A stretch of DNA of 63,789 nucleotides, the filler included, from Reclinomonas americana ATCC 50394 (taxonomy: Eukaryota): assembly GCA_048213135.1 (NCBI GenBank). It is 6 parts of 3 records of this genome, joined end to end, with 100 filler letters (N's around TTAATTAATTAA, not from the genome) between each part and the next. Parts side by side here need not be neighbours in the genome. Positions count along the whole stretch, not along the records: positions 23,351 to 34,214 come from PS015034.1; positions 34,315 to 54,064 come from PS015034.1; 4 more parts are not named here. One strand, written 5' to 3'. Position numbers and translations under genes: made by a program. The first letter of the stretch is position 1, and every line of letters begins with the position of its first letter. Below the pieces are notes generated by a model that saw only the letters and a list, made by a program, of their open reading frames with translations, was not told the origin of the DNA and made no database searches. Shown in pieces: positions 25,515 through 38,200 of this stretch.

Positions 25515-28500
25515 ATGCCGCTGCTCACCGACAAGGAGTTGTGTGTGCCGCTGTGCTTCTGCCAGCACACGCCGTTCTCACTTCTCTCTCACTCTCTCAC
25601 TCTCGCAGATCCAACTTTTGGCGCGTCACCAAGGCACAACGCCGCGTGGCCACTGCCGCTCTGCGCTCTTTGGTGCAGCGCTTGCTTCCGCTATTCGTTC
25701 TCCAGTGCCACCGAGACACGGGTCTGTGGCTGATGCAGGAGTGGAAGAAGGCCGAAAACAAGCGTGACAAACGGTGAGTCTGCTCCTGACTCTTTCTCAG
25801 TGTGCGCTGCCGACTCGCTCACTCGCGCACACCGTTTGTGTGCTCTCTGTGCACAGTTGCCATGTCAACGATGTGTTTTTCGTGAGGATTCCTGGCAATC
25901 ATCACCACCCTCTATTCGACGCGTGGCATGATGCCCTAATGGCGGGCACTGCGGAGCCTTCGTGTGACGAGTTGGACACGACTGCGCTGGCGGCATTGGC
26001 TCTCGGTGCACACTACGAGACGCCGGCGGGCGCAGTGGTTCGCATGCTCGACGATCCCACGCAGGTGTGTGCACATGAAGACGTCCTGCAAATTCCTGCG
26101 CTTTCCCCACTGCGGATCCTGGAGAGAGTGAACTCACTTTCTCCACTTTTCTTCATGCAGCGCGATGCTGTCGGGTGGCTCCGCAGTGACTTGCGCAATC
26201 CTCTCAGCCACGAGAAGCCAGAGTTGGATCGTGCTGATCTTGTGCGCTTGCTCGGCGACGGCTCCAGCGAAGGCGAGATTGCGGCGAAGCTCCGTCAACT
26301 CGGCTTGCCCGCTGCGGACATTGATTCGTTTGTGGAGCAACTGGATGAGATTCGGCGAGGTGCGTTGGATGTGGTTTTCATTTACAATGCTGGCTTTCTG
26401 ACGTTGCTGTTGCTTTCTTTTCTACAGTTGCGGCGCCTCTGGGCCCGAAAGTTCAAGTCACAACGGTTGGTTCTATGAACCGATTTGTGTTTCCTCGTCG
26501 CCGTGACCTGGCCGCCAGCATCGCCGTGCACATGTTGGGTGCTGAAGCCAGTGAGTTGCAATTTGTTGCTTGGGTGTTGGCTGCAGGATTCCACTTGCTC
26601 ACTTGTGTGATGAATGTGTGTGCGTCTCTCCCCCTCCCCCTCTCTCCCTCTGTGTGTAGACGAGCGACCTGCCATTGTGGTGCTCACTGGAGAGGCCGGC
26701 AGTGGCAAGACCATGCTCGCCGAACTGATCGTCAGTGAGATGGAGAGTGCCGGCATGTGGCGTGGTTCGGCGCTGTACGCAGACATGCGCGGACACATTG
26801 CAGATCGCCAGCTGTACACGCCGGTGCGTTTCGTTGATCACCAGCTCTCCATTCATACGAGACTCATGTAGTGTTTCGTTGAATATCAGGCCAGTGAGAT
26901 GTTGGCCGGCTGCTTGTGTGACTTCGCAGACGAGCTACAAGCGAGTTTCCCTGCTGACGCGGCACAGCTGCACGCTGACATTGAAGCGTGGGCGCGCACA
27001 TCCGATGTTGATAACATGCGCATTCGGCTGAGTGAACTGATGCGAGACAGCCGCGGTGTTTTGCTGCTGGACAACGTAGGCTCATTGGAGCAGGTCAGCG
27101 CAGCTCTCCTGGCTCCTCATGTACGAGGAAGGCGGCGAGGTGTGTATCACGTGTCGAGTCTTGCCGCATTGAGGGTATTGCTTTTCCCAAAACGCTTTCC
27201 TCTCTCACAGACCTATCGGCTGTCGCCCCATTCGTCATCATCACTTCGCGGTTCGCGGTGGTAGCGGATGACGTGCGACATGCATTCTCGTCTGCATGTG
27301 TGTTGTGTGAGGAAGTGGGCGACGTGGACACAGCTGATATTGTCGAACTGGTTGACAGTCGCCTCTCGCATGCGCCTCCGGAGGTGCGAGTGAGAGTGGC
27401 GGACATGCTGTCAGTGAAGCCACAGGCTTTTCGAGCATCGCTGTGTTTGAGGTGCGGTCTTCGCGTATGGTGCATGCAGTCATTATCGAAGTGCATTCGC
27501 TGAATGTCAATTGTACAGCGAATTGATCCGATGCAACGTGGAGTTGCTAATGGGCGATGAACTCGTCCGGCTGCTGGACGAGAAGAATCGTTTGGCGCTC
27601 GGCGATTTGATGCAGTCCAACTTTGCTGCCTGTTCGACTCGGATGCGGCAAGTGCTGCTGCTGATTGCTGCACTGCAAGAGATGCGCATATCGCCAACGA
27701 CAAGACTGGTCGCCACGCTGCTGTCGGTGTATAATGTGCCTGACGTCTGTGGTGTGCCGCTTACGGAAGCCGATTGTGAAGCAGGCCTTGCGCGGCTTGT
27801 CGAGCGGTTACTACGGGCTGTTCTCAAGAATCAAGAGTTGCGGGACGCACGATATCAGTCTCCGCCACTCTCTGCAGAGGCGATTCTGCAGCTGCGGCGC
27901 GAGTTGGAGGTGCTGATTCCAGTGGATGCTCCACGTGACGGTGTTCGCGAAGACTTGGATGCACTGTGTAGGTCGGGCATTGTCAGTATTACTGTGCACT
28001 GCTCGGATAACGAACTGCTGCAATTGTTGTGTCGTCGAGATGCAGCTGGTGTTCGCGATGTGTGCCACTACCGTGTGCACGATCTTGTGGTTGAGTGGCT
28101 TTATCAGGGTCGACTTTGTGACGGAGATATCAACGGGCTGTCGGTGTGCCGACGAGGCTTGACGATTGTCGCGTATGGTGCGCTTGGTTGCACCATCGAC
28201 GACATTTTCAGCACCGAGGTGTTGATTTCGATGTCGCCGATGATGCAACTATTGTGGGCCGAACTCAAGCACAATTTTCTTTCGCTTCCGTGGGATGGGA
28301 CTGGCGCTGTCCATGATGCTTGGTTGCAGTTGTTTGCTGGCGGCTTGGAAGGTCTATGTTACTTGGTGCATGGTCGGCTTTCTACTGTCGAGTTCCCCGT
28401 GTCTTGTGCAGCGGGAGCGATTGCTGCGCTTAATTCAGTGACGACTTGTAGGGTCGAACGACTTGTCACTCGCATCTCCTGCGTGGCGTATCTTTCGTAC

Positions 28501-31500
28501 GCCTCGCGGCGGTATGCAGATGCTGCTGACATCCTCAGCAGTCTTGCCAGAACTGTCGATGAAGGCCGTATTAATATTCACTTTCCACTTCTCCTCGCCC
28601 GCTGCCTTCATGAGTGTGGGCGTGTGATAGAATCTGAGCAACTGTATCGCCTTGTACTGGTGGGGCAGACAGTCGTGTTTGGTGAACGGCATCCATCCAC
28701 GCTCGCCTCGATGAACAGCCTGGCCTCGTGCTTGGGGTCGCGTGGCGATCACGCCGGGGCTGAGCGACTGCTCCGCCGTGTGGTGGAGGTGCAGACCGAG
28801 GTATTGGGCGAACGGCATCCATCCACACTTGCCTCGATAAACAACCTGGCCTCGTGCTTGAATTCGCGTGGTGATCATGTGGAGGCTGTGGGACTGCATC
28901 GCTGTGTGATAGAGGTGCAGACAGAGGTGTTGGGTGAACGGCATCCGTCCACGCTTGACTCGATGAACAACCTGGCCTGGTGCATGCTGTCGCGTGGTGA
29001 TCATGTGGAGGCTGAGCATCTGCATCGCCGTGTGCTGGATGTGCAGACAGAGGTGTTGGGTGAACGACATCCGTCCACGCTCGCCTCGATGAACAACCTG
29101 GCATCGTGCTTGGAGTCGCGTGGTGATCATGTGGAGGCTGAGCGACTGCATCGCTGTGTGCTAGGAGTGCTGACAGAGGTGTTGGGTGAACGGCATCCAT
29201 CCACGCTCGCCTCGATGTGCAACCTGGCCTCGTGCTTGAATTCGCGTGGTGATCACGGGAATGCTGAGCAACTGCATCGCCGTGTGCTGGAGGTGCAGAA
29301 AGAGGTGTTGGGTGAACGGCATCCATCCACGCTCATCACGATGAACAATCTGGCCCTTTGCCTGGAATCGCGTGGTGATCACATGGGAGCTGTGGGACTG
29401 CATCGCCGTGTGGTGGAGATTCAGTCAGAGATGGCGGATGAACGGCATCCATCCACGCTTGCCTCAATGTGCAACTTGGCCTCATCCTTGCAGTCGCTTG
29501 GTGATCACGTCGAGGCTGAGCGACTGCATCGCCGTGTGGTGGAGGTGCGAACAGAGGTGTTGGGTGAACGGCATCCATCGACACTCACCTCGGTAAGCAA
29601 CCTGGCCTCGTGCTTGGGGTCGCGTGGTGATCACGTCGAGGCTGAGCGACTGCATCGCCGTGTGGTGGAGATGCAGACAGAGGTGTTGGGTGAACGGCAT
29701 CCATCCACGCTCACCTCGATGAACAGGCTGGCCTCGTGCTTGGGGTCGCGTGGCGATCACGCCGGGGCTGAGCGCCTGCTCCGCCGTGTAGTGGAGGTGC
29801 AGACCGAGGTATTGGGTGAACGGCATCCGTCCACGCTCGCCTCGATGAACAACCTGGCCTCGTGCTTCAATTCGCGTGGTGGTCATGTGGAGGCTGAACG
29901 ACTGCATCGCCGTGTGCTAGAAGTGCAAACAGAGGTGTTGGGTGAACGGCATCCATCCACACTCGCCTCGATGAATAACCTGGCCTCGTGCCTGGAGTCG
30001 CGTGGTGATCACGTGGAGGCTGAGCGACTGCATTGCCGTGTGGTGGAGGTGCAAACAGAGGTGTTGGGTCAATGGCATCCATCCACACTCGCCTCGATGA
30101 ACAACTTAGCCTTGTGCCTGGGGTCGCGTGGTGATCACGTGGAGGCTGAGCAACTGTATCGACGTGTGCTGGAAGTGCAGACAGACGTGTTGGGTGAACG
30201 GCATCCGTCCACGCTCGCATCAATGTGTGGCCTGGCGGCCTGCTTGCAGTCGCATGGTGATTACGTGGAGGCTGAGCAACTGAATCGCCGTGTGCTTGAG
30301 GTGCAGACAGAGGTGTTGGGTGAACGGCATCCGTCCACGCTCGCATCAATGTGTGGCCTGGCGGCCTGCTTGCAGTCGCATGGTGATTACGTGGAGGCTG
30401 AGCAACTGAATTGCCGTGTGCTTGAGGTGCAGACAGAGGTGTTGGGTGAACGGCATCCATCCACGCTCACCTCCATGAACAACCTGGCCTCGTGCTTGGA
30501 GGCTCGTGGTGATCACGTGAAGGCTGTGGGACTGCATCGCCGTGTGCTGGAGGTGCAGACAGAGGTGTTAGGTGAACGGCATCCATCCACGCTTGCCTCG
30601 ATGAGCAACCTGGCCTCGTCCGTGCAGTCGCGTGGTGAGCACGTGGAGGCTGAGCGACTGTATCGCCGTGTGGTGAAGGTGCAAACAGAGGTGTTGGGTG
30701 AACGGCATCCATCCACGCTCACCTCGATGAACAGCCTGGCCTCGTGCTTGGGGTCGCGTGGTGATCACGTCGAGGCTGAGCGACTGCATCGCCGTGTGGT
30801 GGAGATGCAGGCAGAGGTGTTGGGTGAACGGCATCCATCCACGCTCACCTCGATGGACAGCCTGGCCTCGTGCTTAGGGTCGCGTGGTGATCACATGGAG
30901 GCTGAGCAACTGCATCGCCGTGTGGTGGAGATGCAGGCGGAGGTGTTGGGCGAATGTCATCCATCCACGCTTACTTCCATGAGCAACCTGGCCTCGTACT
31001 TGAAGTTGCGTGGTAATTACGTGGAGGCTGAGCAACTGCATCGCCGTGTGGTGGAGATGCGAACAAAGGTGTTGGGTGAACGACACCCATCCACGCTCTC
31101 CTCCATGTGCCACGTGGCGGCGTGCGTACAGTCGTATGGTGATCACGTCGAGGCTGAGCGGCTGCATCGCCATGTACTGGAGGTTCAGACAGAGGTGTTG
31201 GGTGAACGGCATCCATCCACGCTCGACTCGATGAACAGCTTGGCTTCGTGCTTGGAGTCGCGTGGTGATTACGTCGAGGCTGAGCAACTGCATCGCCGTG
31301 TGCTGGAGGTGCAGACAGAGGTGTTGGGTGAACGGCATCCGTCCACGCTCGCATCAATGTGTGGGCTGGCTTCAAGCCTAAAGTCGCCTGGTGGTCATGT
31401 GGAGGCCGAGCGAGTGCTCTGCCGTGTGGTTGAGGTGCAGTCGGAGGTGTTGGGTGAACGGCATCCATCCACGCTTGCCTCGATGAACAACCTTGCCTCG

Positions 31501-32334
31501 TGCTTGGGGTCGCGTGGTGATCACGTGGAGGCTGAGCAACTGTATCGACGTGTGCTGGAGGTGCAGACAGAGGTGTTGGGTGAACGGCATCCATCAACGC
31601 TCGCCTCGATGAACAACCTGGCCTCGTGCTTGGGGTCGCGTGGTGATCACGTCGAGGCTGAGCGACTACATCGCCGTGCGGTGGAGATGCAGACAGAGGT
31701 GTTTGGTGAACGGCATCCATCCACGCTCGCCTCGATGAACAACCTGGCCTCGTGCTTGGGTTCGCGTGGTGATCACGTAGAAGCTGAACGAATGCTTCAC
31801 CGTGTGGTGGAGGTGCAGACAGAGGTATTGGGTGAGCGGCATCCATCCACGCTCAACTCGATGAACAATCTGGCCTCGTGCTTGGGGTCGCGTGGTGATC
31901 ACGTGGAGGCCGAGCGAATGCTCCGCCGTGTGGTGGAGATGCAGACAGAGGTGTTTGGTGAACGGCATCCATCCACGCTCGCCTCGATGAACAACCTGGC
32001 CCAATGCCTCATTGAAATGCGGCGATTTAAGGTCGCAAAACACCTGCTGAAACAAGTCGTTCGCTTGCGGACTAAGGTTCTCGGTCCGCAGCATGCGGAC
32101 ACTCTCAGGTCTCGAGTGCAGCTGGTGGCGATGAGCGCTGACCCGAGTGATGCTGCATCTGAACTTTCTCGCCTGCTTCCTCACATGAGAGACTCTTTGG
32201 AAGACGATCACCCACTTGTGTCGGAAACAATTGATTTGCATATCCGATTTGTGAGACAACAGCGGCAACAACAACAACAACAACAACAACAGCAGCAGCA
32301 GCAGCGTAAGGGTTCACGCAGTCCACGAAAGTAA
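25515..32334 (+). CDS. NLR-like protein: DZIP3-like HEPN domain, STAND (NB-ARC-like) NTPase and 42-aa TPR array
   Basis: Exons 25515-25540, 25609-25773, 25857-26064, 26161-26359, further short exons, then a terminal exon 27519-32334. HEPN RNPLSH (26194-26211); Walker A GEAGSGKT (26689-26712); Walker B VLLLDNV; sensor VIITSR; MHD-equivalent YRVHDLV; GERHPSTL repeats. Confidence 0.88.
28681..32082 (+). repeat. Coding tandem repeat: 27 x 126 bp (TPR_10/TPR_12, kinesin-light-chain-like TPR)
   Basis: GGTGAACGGCATCC-type starts at exact 126-bp intervals (28681, 28807, ... 29941, ... 31201, ... 31957); degenerate 28th start GPQHADTL at 32083. Confidence 0.97.
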
Positions 32335-32456
32335 AATCCTGTTCAACGTCGGCAATGAACCATACACNNNNNNNNNNNNNNNNNNNNAGCAATAAGCATC
32401 TACCGCTGATACTCAACAACTCTCGTGAGCGCAATGCGCAATAACACAATGGATCT

Positions 32457-32502
32457 ACTTGGTCATCAAGACAGCTGTTGCTTGTTTGTTGGTGAATGAA
32501 TT
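32457..32502 (+). repeat. 46-bp dispersed repeat, copy 1
   Basis: ACTTGGTCATCAAGACAGCTGTTGCTTGTTTGTTGGTGAATGAATT, identical to 61174-61219. Confidence 0.9.
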
Positions 32503-32771
32503 TGTTGTTTTTTGTTGTTGTCTCCAGTTGCTGCTTTTGGTCGCAAATATATACTTCGATATCTTGCGCACGCGCGACCAACCTGCTCGGAAAATCATGC
32601 GAGTACGCTGCTCTCCTCCCTCATGCGTACACACACATACAATCACACAATCAGTCCCTTACTCACTCCGCTGGCATCACTAGCATACACTCTCCCAATC
32701 AAGACGAAACTAAGATACGGCAAAGCACAATTTTTCCGTCTGCGCGTGAGTGAGCGCGCACAAGGCGAATC

Positions 32772-34033
<1,262 letters not shown>

Positions 34034-34133
34034 GTTTGTGTTGGTTTGCAGGAGTGAGCGATCGGAGAAATGCTGTTTTTTTCTGCATCTTTTCCCGTCG
34101 GCTCGAGAGACAGAGCTCGCAGTTGTCTCGCCT

Positions 34134-34173
<40 letters not shown>

Positions 34174-34258
34174 TCTTACTTACGTTACGTTACGTTACGT
34201 TACGTTACGTTACGNNNNNNNNNNNNNNNNNNNNNNNNNNNNNNNNNNNNNNNNNNNN

Positions 34259-34270
34259 TTAATTAATTAA
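34259..34270. other. Artificial scaffold-joining linker
   Basis: TTAATTAATTAA between N runs. Confidence 0.97.
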
Positions 34271-34314
34271 NNNNNNNNNNNNNNNNNNNNNNNNNNNNNN
34301 NNNNNNNNNNNNNN

Positions 34315-34907
34315 CCTTCGCCACTGGTGCCACGGCTCAGTTGAATCCGGAGCGAGTGGATTTGTGCATGTACTGGGACACTGATAGCGGACGCTTTGCC
34401 TCCACTGGCGTGCAGACATATCTGATGGTGCGTCCGAGTGCATCCGCAAGTGAGCTTTCCTCAGTCACTGAGCTCGATGGCCTGCATAGGTGGTCAATGG
34501 GAATGCGACGATGGCTGTGTGTGCCAGCAATCACTTGACGTCGTTCGACATTGACTTTAATGCGGTGTTCCCCCTGCAGTTTACCTTTGTCAAGTGAGTG
34601 CACTCGTCACCTCCGTGTGTGATTAACTGGCGCTCAACCCCTTTGTGTGCCTGCGCAGCCCGATCGATGTGCAGTACTTTATCAGCGCATTCTCCTCCAT
34701 TCGTTGCTTCTGGCTATTGTTGGGTTCGTCTGCGCCGCGCAAGCACTGCATGTGTGTCTTGCAGACTGAAGTTTTTGTCTCTGTCTGTCACAGCCGTCAA
34801 CGTGCTCTACGTGATCGCGTGGTGCGTCCTTTCTGTGCGCGACAAGAAGCGAGACACGATCCTTCGCATGATTGCCGTGCGTCAGCGCATGGCCTTGGAT
34901 CGCAAGG
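34315..34907 (+). CDS. GPS motif and first TM helix of a polycystin-1-like protein; probably the inverted continuation of the gene at 35277-49853
   Basis: LCMYWDTDSGRFASTGVQ | VVNGNATMAVCASNHLTSFDIDF | PIDVQYF | LSVTAVNVLYVIAWCVLSVRDKKRD; the HL-T-x-F autoproteolysis consensus is intact. Confidence 0.75.
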
Positions 34908-35276
34908 TGTGTGACCTTTCTTGGTGACTCACGGCACTCGAATACTCGATTCATTCTGAGTNNNNNNNNNNNNNNNNNNNNNNNNNNNNNNNNNNNNNNN
35001 NNNNNNNNNNNNNNNNNNNNNNNNNNNNNNNNNNNNNNNNNNNNNNNNNNNNNNNNNNNNNNNNNNNNNNNNNNNNNNNNNNNNNNNNNNNNNNNNNNNN
35101 NNNNNNNNNNNNNNNNNNNNNNNNNNNNNNNNNNNNNNNNNNNNNNNNNNNNNNNNNNNNNNNNNNNNNNNNNNNNNNNNNNNNNNNNNNNNNNNNNNNN
35201 NNNNNNNNNNNNNNNNNNNNNNNNNNNNNNNNNNNNNNNNNNNNNNNNNNNNNNNNNNNNNNNNNNNNNNNNNNNN

Positions 35277-38200
35277 GATGCGCAGAGAGTGCAGGTTGTT
35301 GGCAAATGTGTGATTGGCGCCACGCTGCTGCGCTTGCATCAGGAACGGATTCACTCCTGCACACCATGGTCAGCACATCACAGGGGGCAAAGCACAGCAC
35401 ACACACACACACATGTGCAAACGCAACCTTTGAGGAATGTGACCGACGAATACACGGGCCAGCGCGCAGCGAGGCTCGACGGGAGCGTTTTGCTAAAGCT
35501 AAAGAGCGCCACTGCGCGATCCACCAGCTCCTCCGAGGAGGTCATCAAGGAGGGCAGGAGTTTCTGTGCCGCGGCAGTCGAGGAGTTTGCCAGCTACGCA
35601 CACAGAGAGGCCGAGGTGAGTCTCCATCCATAAGTACACAGTGAGGAGATCAAGACAATACAACACAACTGTAACGGACTCCGTCTTTGCGGCGACACTG
35701 GACAGGTGCGATCCGTGGGCGGTGAAGGCATTCCCATAAAAGACTGCCGCCGGCTCGCCAACAGCCTGCAAAGAACAATCCAAGTCAGACGCTTGCACAC
35801 TCACACACCGACACTGCACTGCGCTGCGCTGTCACCTTGAAATTCATCTGCGTGGCAATCACCCGATTCGTCAACTCCAACACCATGGACGACACGTCGC
35901 CGACGGCCGACATGGACGACTTGTCTTGCGCGGCACTGTACAGCAACGCGTCTACTGTCGCCAGAATATCCTGTGTGCAACACAAACAGTGTGCGTGAGT
36001 GCACAGACGTCGACGAGTCGATAGTAGGCGACAGCCAAACCTGTGCGTATGTGTCGTTCTTGAAAATCATCGAGTAGGAGAGCGAATTCAACGCCTGCAC
36101 GGTGTTTGCAGTCACTGCCTTGACACGACTCAGCGGTAGCTGCTGCGCCGCACTGTGTGTGGTACTGCTGTTAGGCCATTGAAGTCGACACTCTCGACAA
36201 GAACGGGAGTGTGACGCAACGCGGCGAGAATTTTCGCAGATCGCAACGCCGACAGCACCGCAAACGGGAACACTTGCACATCCATGCTGGCAGTCGCTCG
36301 AGCCAATGTTGATGAGACTCCTTCGAGAGCCACTTGGACATTGGGTCCGGAGACACCGTTGGTGAGCGCGGCATACATGTCCGCCGGTTGCTCCATGAGT
36401 GTGAGCATGAACTGGATGTCAGACAGTGCTGTCACTGCCTCCACCTCCGAGCGGATTGGCAACACGGCAATGCACAGAGCCTCGTTGATGATTACTCGCT
36501 GCAGCGAGCCGACAGAGCCGTCATCCTGCGGTACGACTTTGACTTTTGCGCGCAAGTCTCCAGTACTCCTGCANNNNNNNNNNNNNNNNNNNNNNNNNNN
36601 NNNNNNNNNNNNNNNNNNNNNNNNNNNNNNNNNNNNNNNNNNNNNNNNNNNNNNNNNNNNNNNNNNNNNNNNNNNNNNNNNNNNNNNNNNNNNNNNNNNN
36701 NNNNNNNNNNNNNNNNNNNNNNNNNNNNNNNNNNNNNNNNNNNNNNNNNNNNNNNNNNNNNNNNNNNNNNNNNNNNNNNNNNNNNNNNNNNNNNNNNNNN
36801 NNNNNNNNNNNNNNNNNNNNNNNNNNNNNNNNNNNNNNNNNNNNNNNNNNNNNNNNNNNNNNNNNNNNNNNNNNNNNNNNNNNNNNNNNNNNNNNNNNNN
36901 NNNNNNNNNNNNNNNNNNNNNNNNNNNNNNNNNNNNNNNNNNNNNNNNNNNNNNNNNNNNNNNNNNNNNNNNNNNNNNNNNNNNNNNNNNNNNNNNNNNN
37001 NNNNNNNNNNNNNNNNNNNNNNNNNNNNNNNNNNNNNNNNNNNNNNNNNNNNNNNNNNNNNNNNNNNNNNNNNNNNNNNNNNNNNNNNNNNNNNNNNNNN
37101 NNNNNNNNNNNNNNNNNNNNNNNNNNNNNNNNNNNNNNNNNNNNNNNNNNNNNNNNNNNNNNNNNNNNNNNNNNNNNNNNNNNNNNNNNNNNNNNNNNCG
37201 ACGACGACGACGACGACGACAGTGGTGAGTTGGACACGCCAAGAGACAGTACAAGATGGGCTGCGCACGCACCACACTGAGCCGAGGCCGTCGGTGATGA
37301 TGACACCAATCGTGAGCATGTAATCGGGCGTCGCGCCGCTCTCCAGCTTGCGCACAATCCACGGGTTCACCGACGTGCCGAGGGCCACCTGCCGTCAAGC
37401 GAAAGGTCAGCTCACGAGGGCACAAAACAGACCGCATTGAACACATAACAGACCATCGTCTGCGTAGAAGGTCGGATGTAGTAGAACGAGTAGCGCACTG
37501 GTGCGTCAATGTCGACGCCAATGGGCGACGTGATGTTGAAGTTGGTCACTCGGGCGGTGCCGTTGATTGGCAGCACACCAACGGCGCCGCTTAGGGTCGG
37601 CACAGTGTTTGTCGTCACTGTCATTGATGACGATACTGTAGACAGCATACGCTGGTCAACAACGAGAGAAAAAAACACGACACATGAGAGAGTGCAAGTG
37701 CTCGAAACTGGTATCCCATCCAGCAACAGTGACATTGGCATGGAACGTGTACGTCTTGCCAGGCGAGAGGACGCCAGGCAACGGGCGCAGTCCGGTGGTC
37801 TTGCCGTCACTATTGTACACAAACGAGAGGTTGTCGTTGGGCACGCGACGGCCAAGATCGTCTGCGCACGAAACAATGGCGGTGAGTTCATCCGACCATT
37901 TTTCAGCCAGTGGCAGCTGCACCTGCGCACCTTCCATCCACAACGAGTATGAGGCTTGCGACGCCTGCAAGTCAGTCAGCGTCGAGTTGAAGGCCACTTG
38001 CACGGCGTTGGGTGTCAGTGTGTCTATGCGTGGTGAGCCGCCAACTTGTGGCTGTGATAATCATCATGAGCAACAAGCACGACACGGGCAAAAAAAGAAC
38101 TCGGTGTACAAAAAGTAGACGCGCTCACCATGTCGAGAAGCAACGAAAATGCTGATCCATACTCCAAACTCGTGGCTCCACTGGCAGAGCGGCGACCGCG

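Noticed and set aside
28681-32082. CRISPR-like array
   Set aside because: Repeats are contiguous in-frame coding units with no unique spacers, there are no cas genes, and the context is eukaryotic.
28435-32289. Repetitive antisense ORFs over the TPR array
   Set aside because: Shadows of the sense-strand repeat, broken by stops.
34176-34214. (TTACG)n at a scaffold end as a telomere
   Set aside because: Only ~7 units, adjacent to a (CT)n run inside or next to a gene; other contigs also break at microsatellites, and it is not a telomere motif I recognise.
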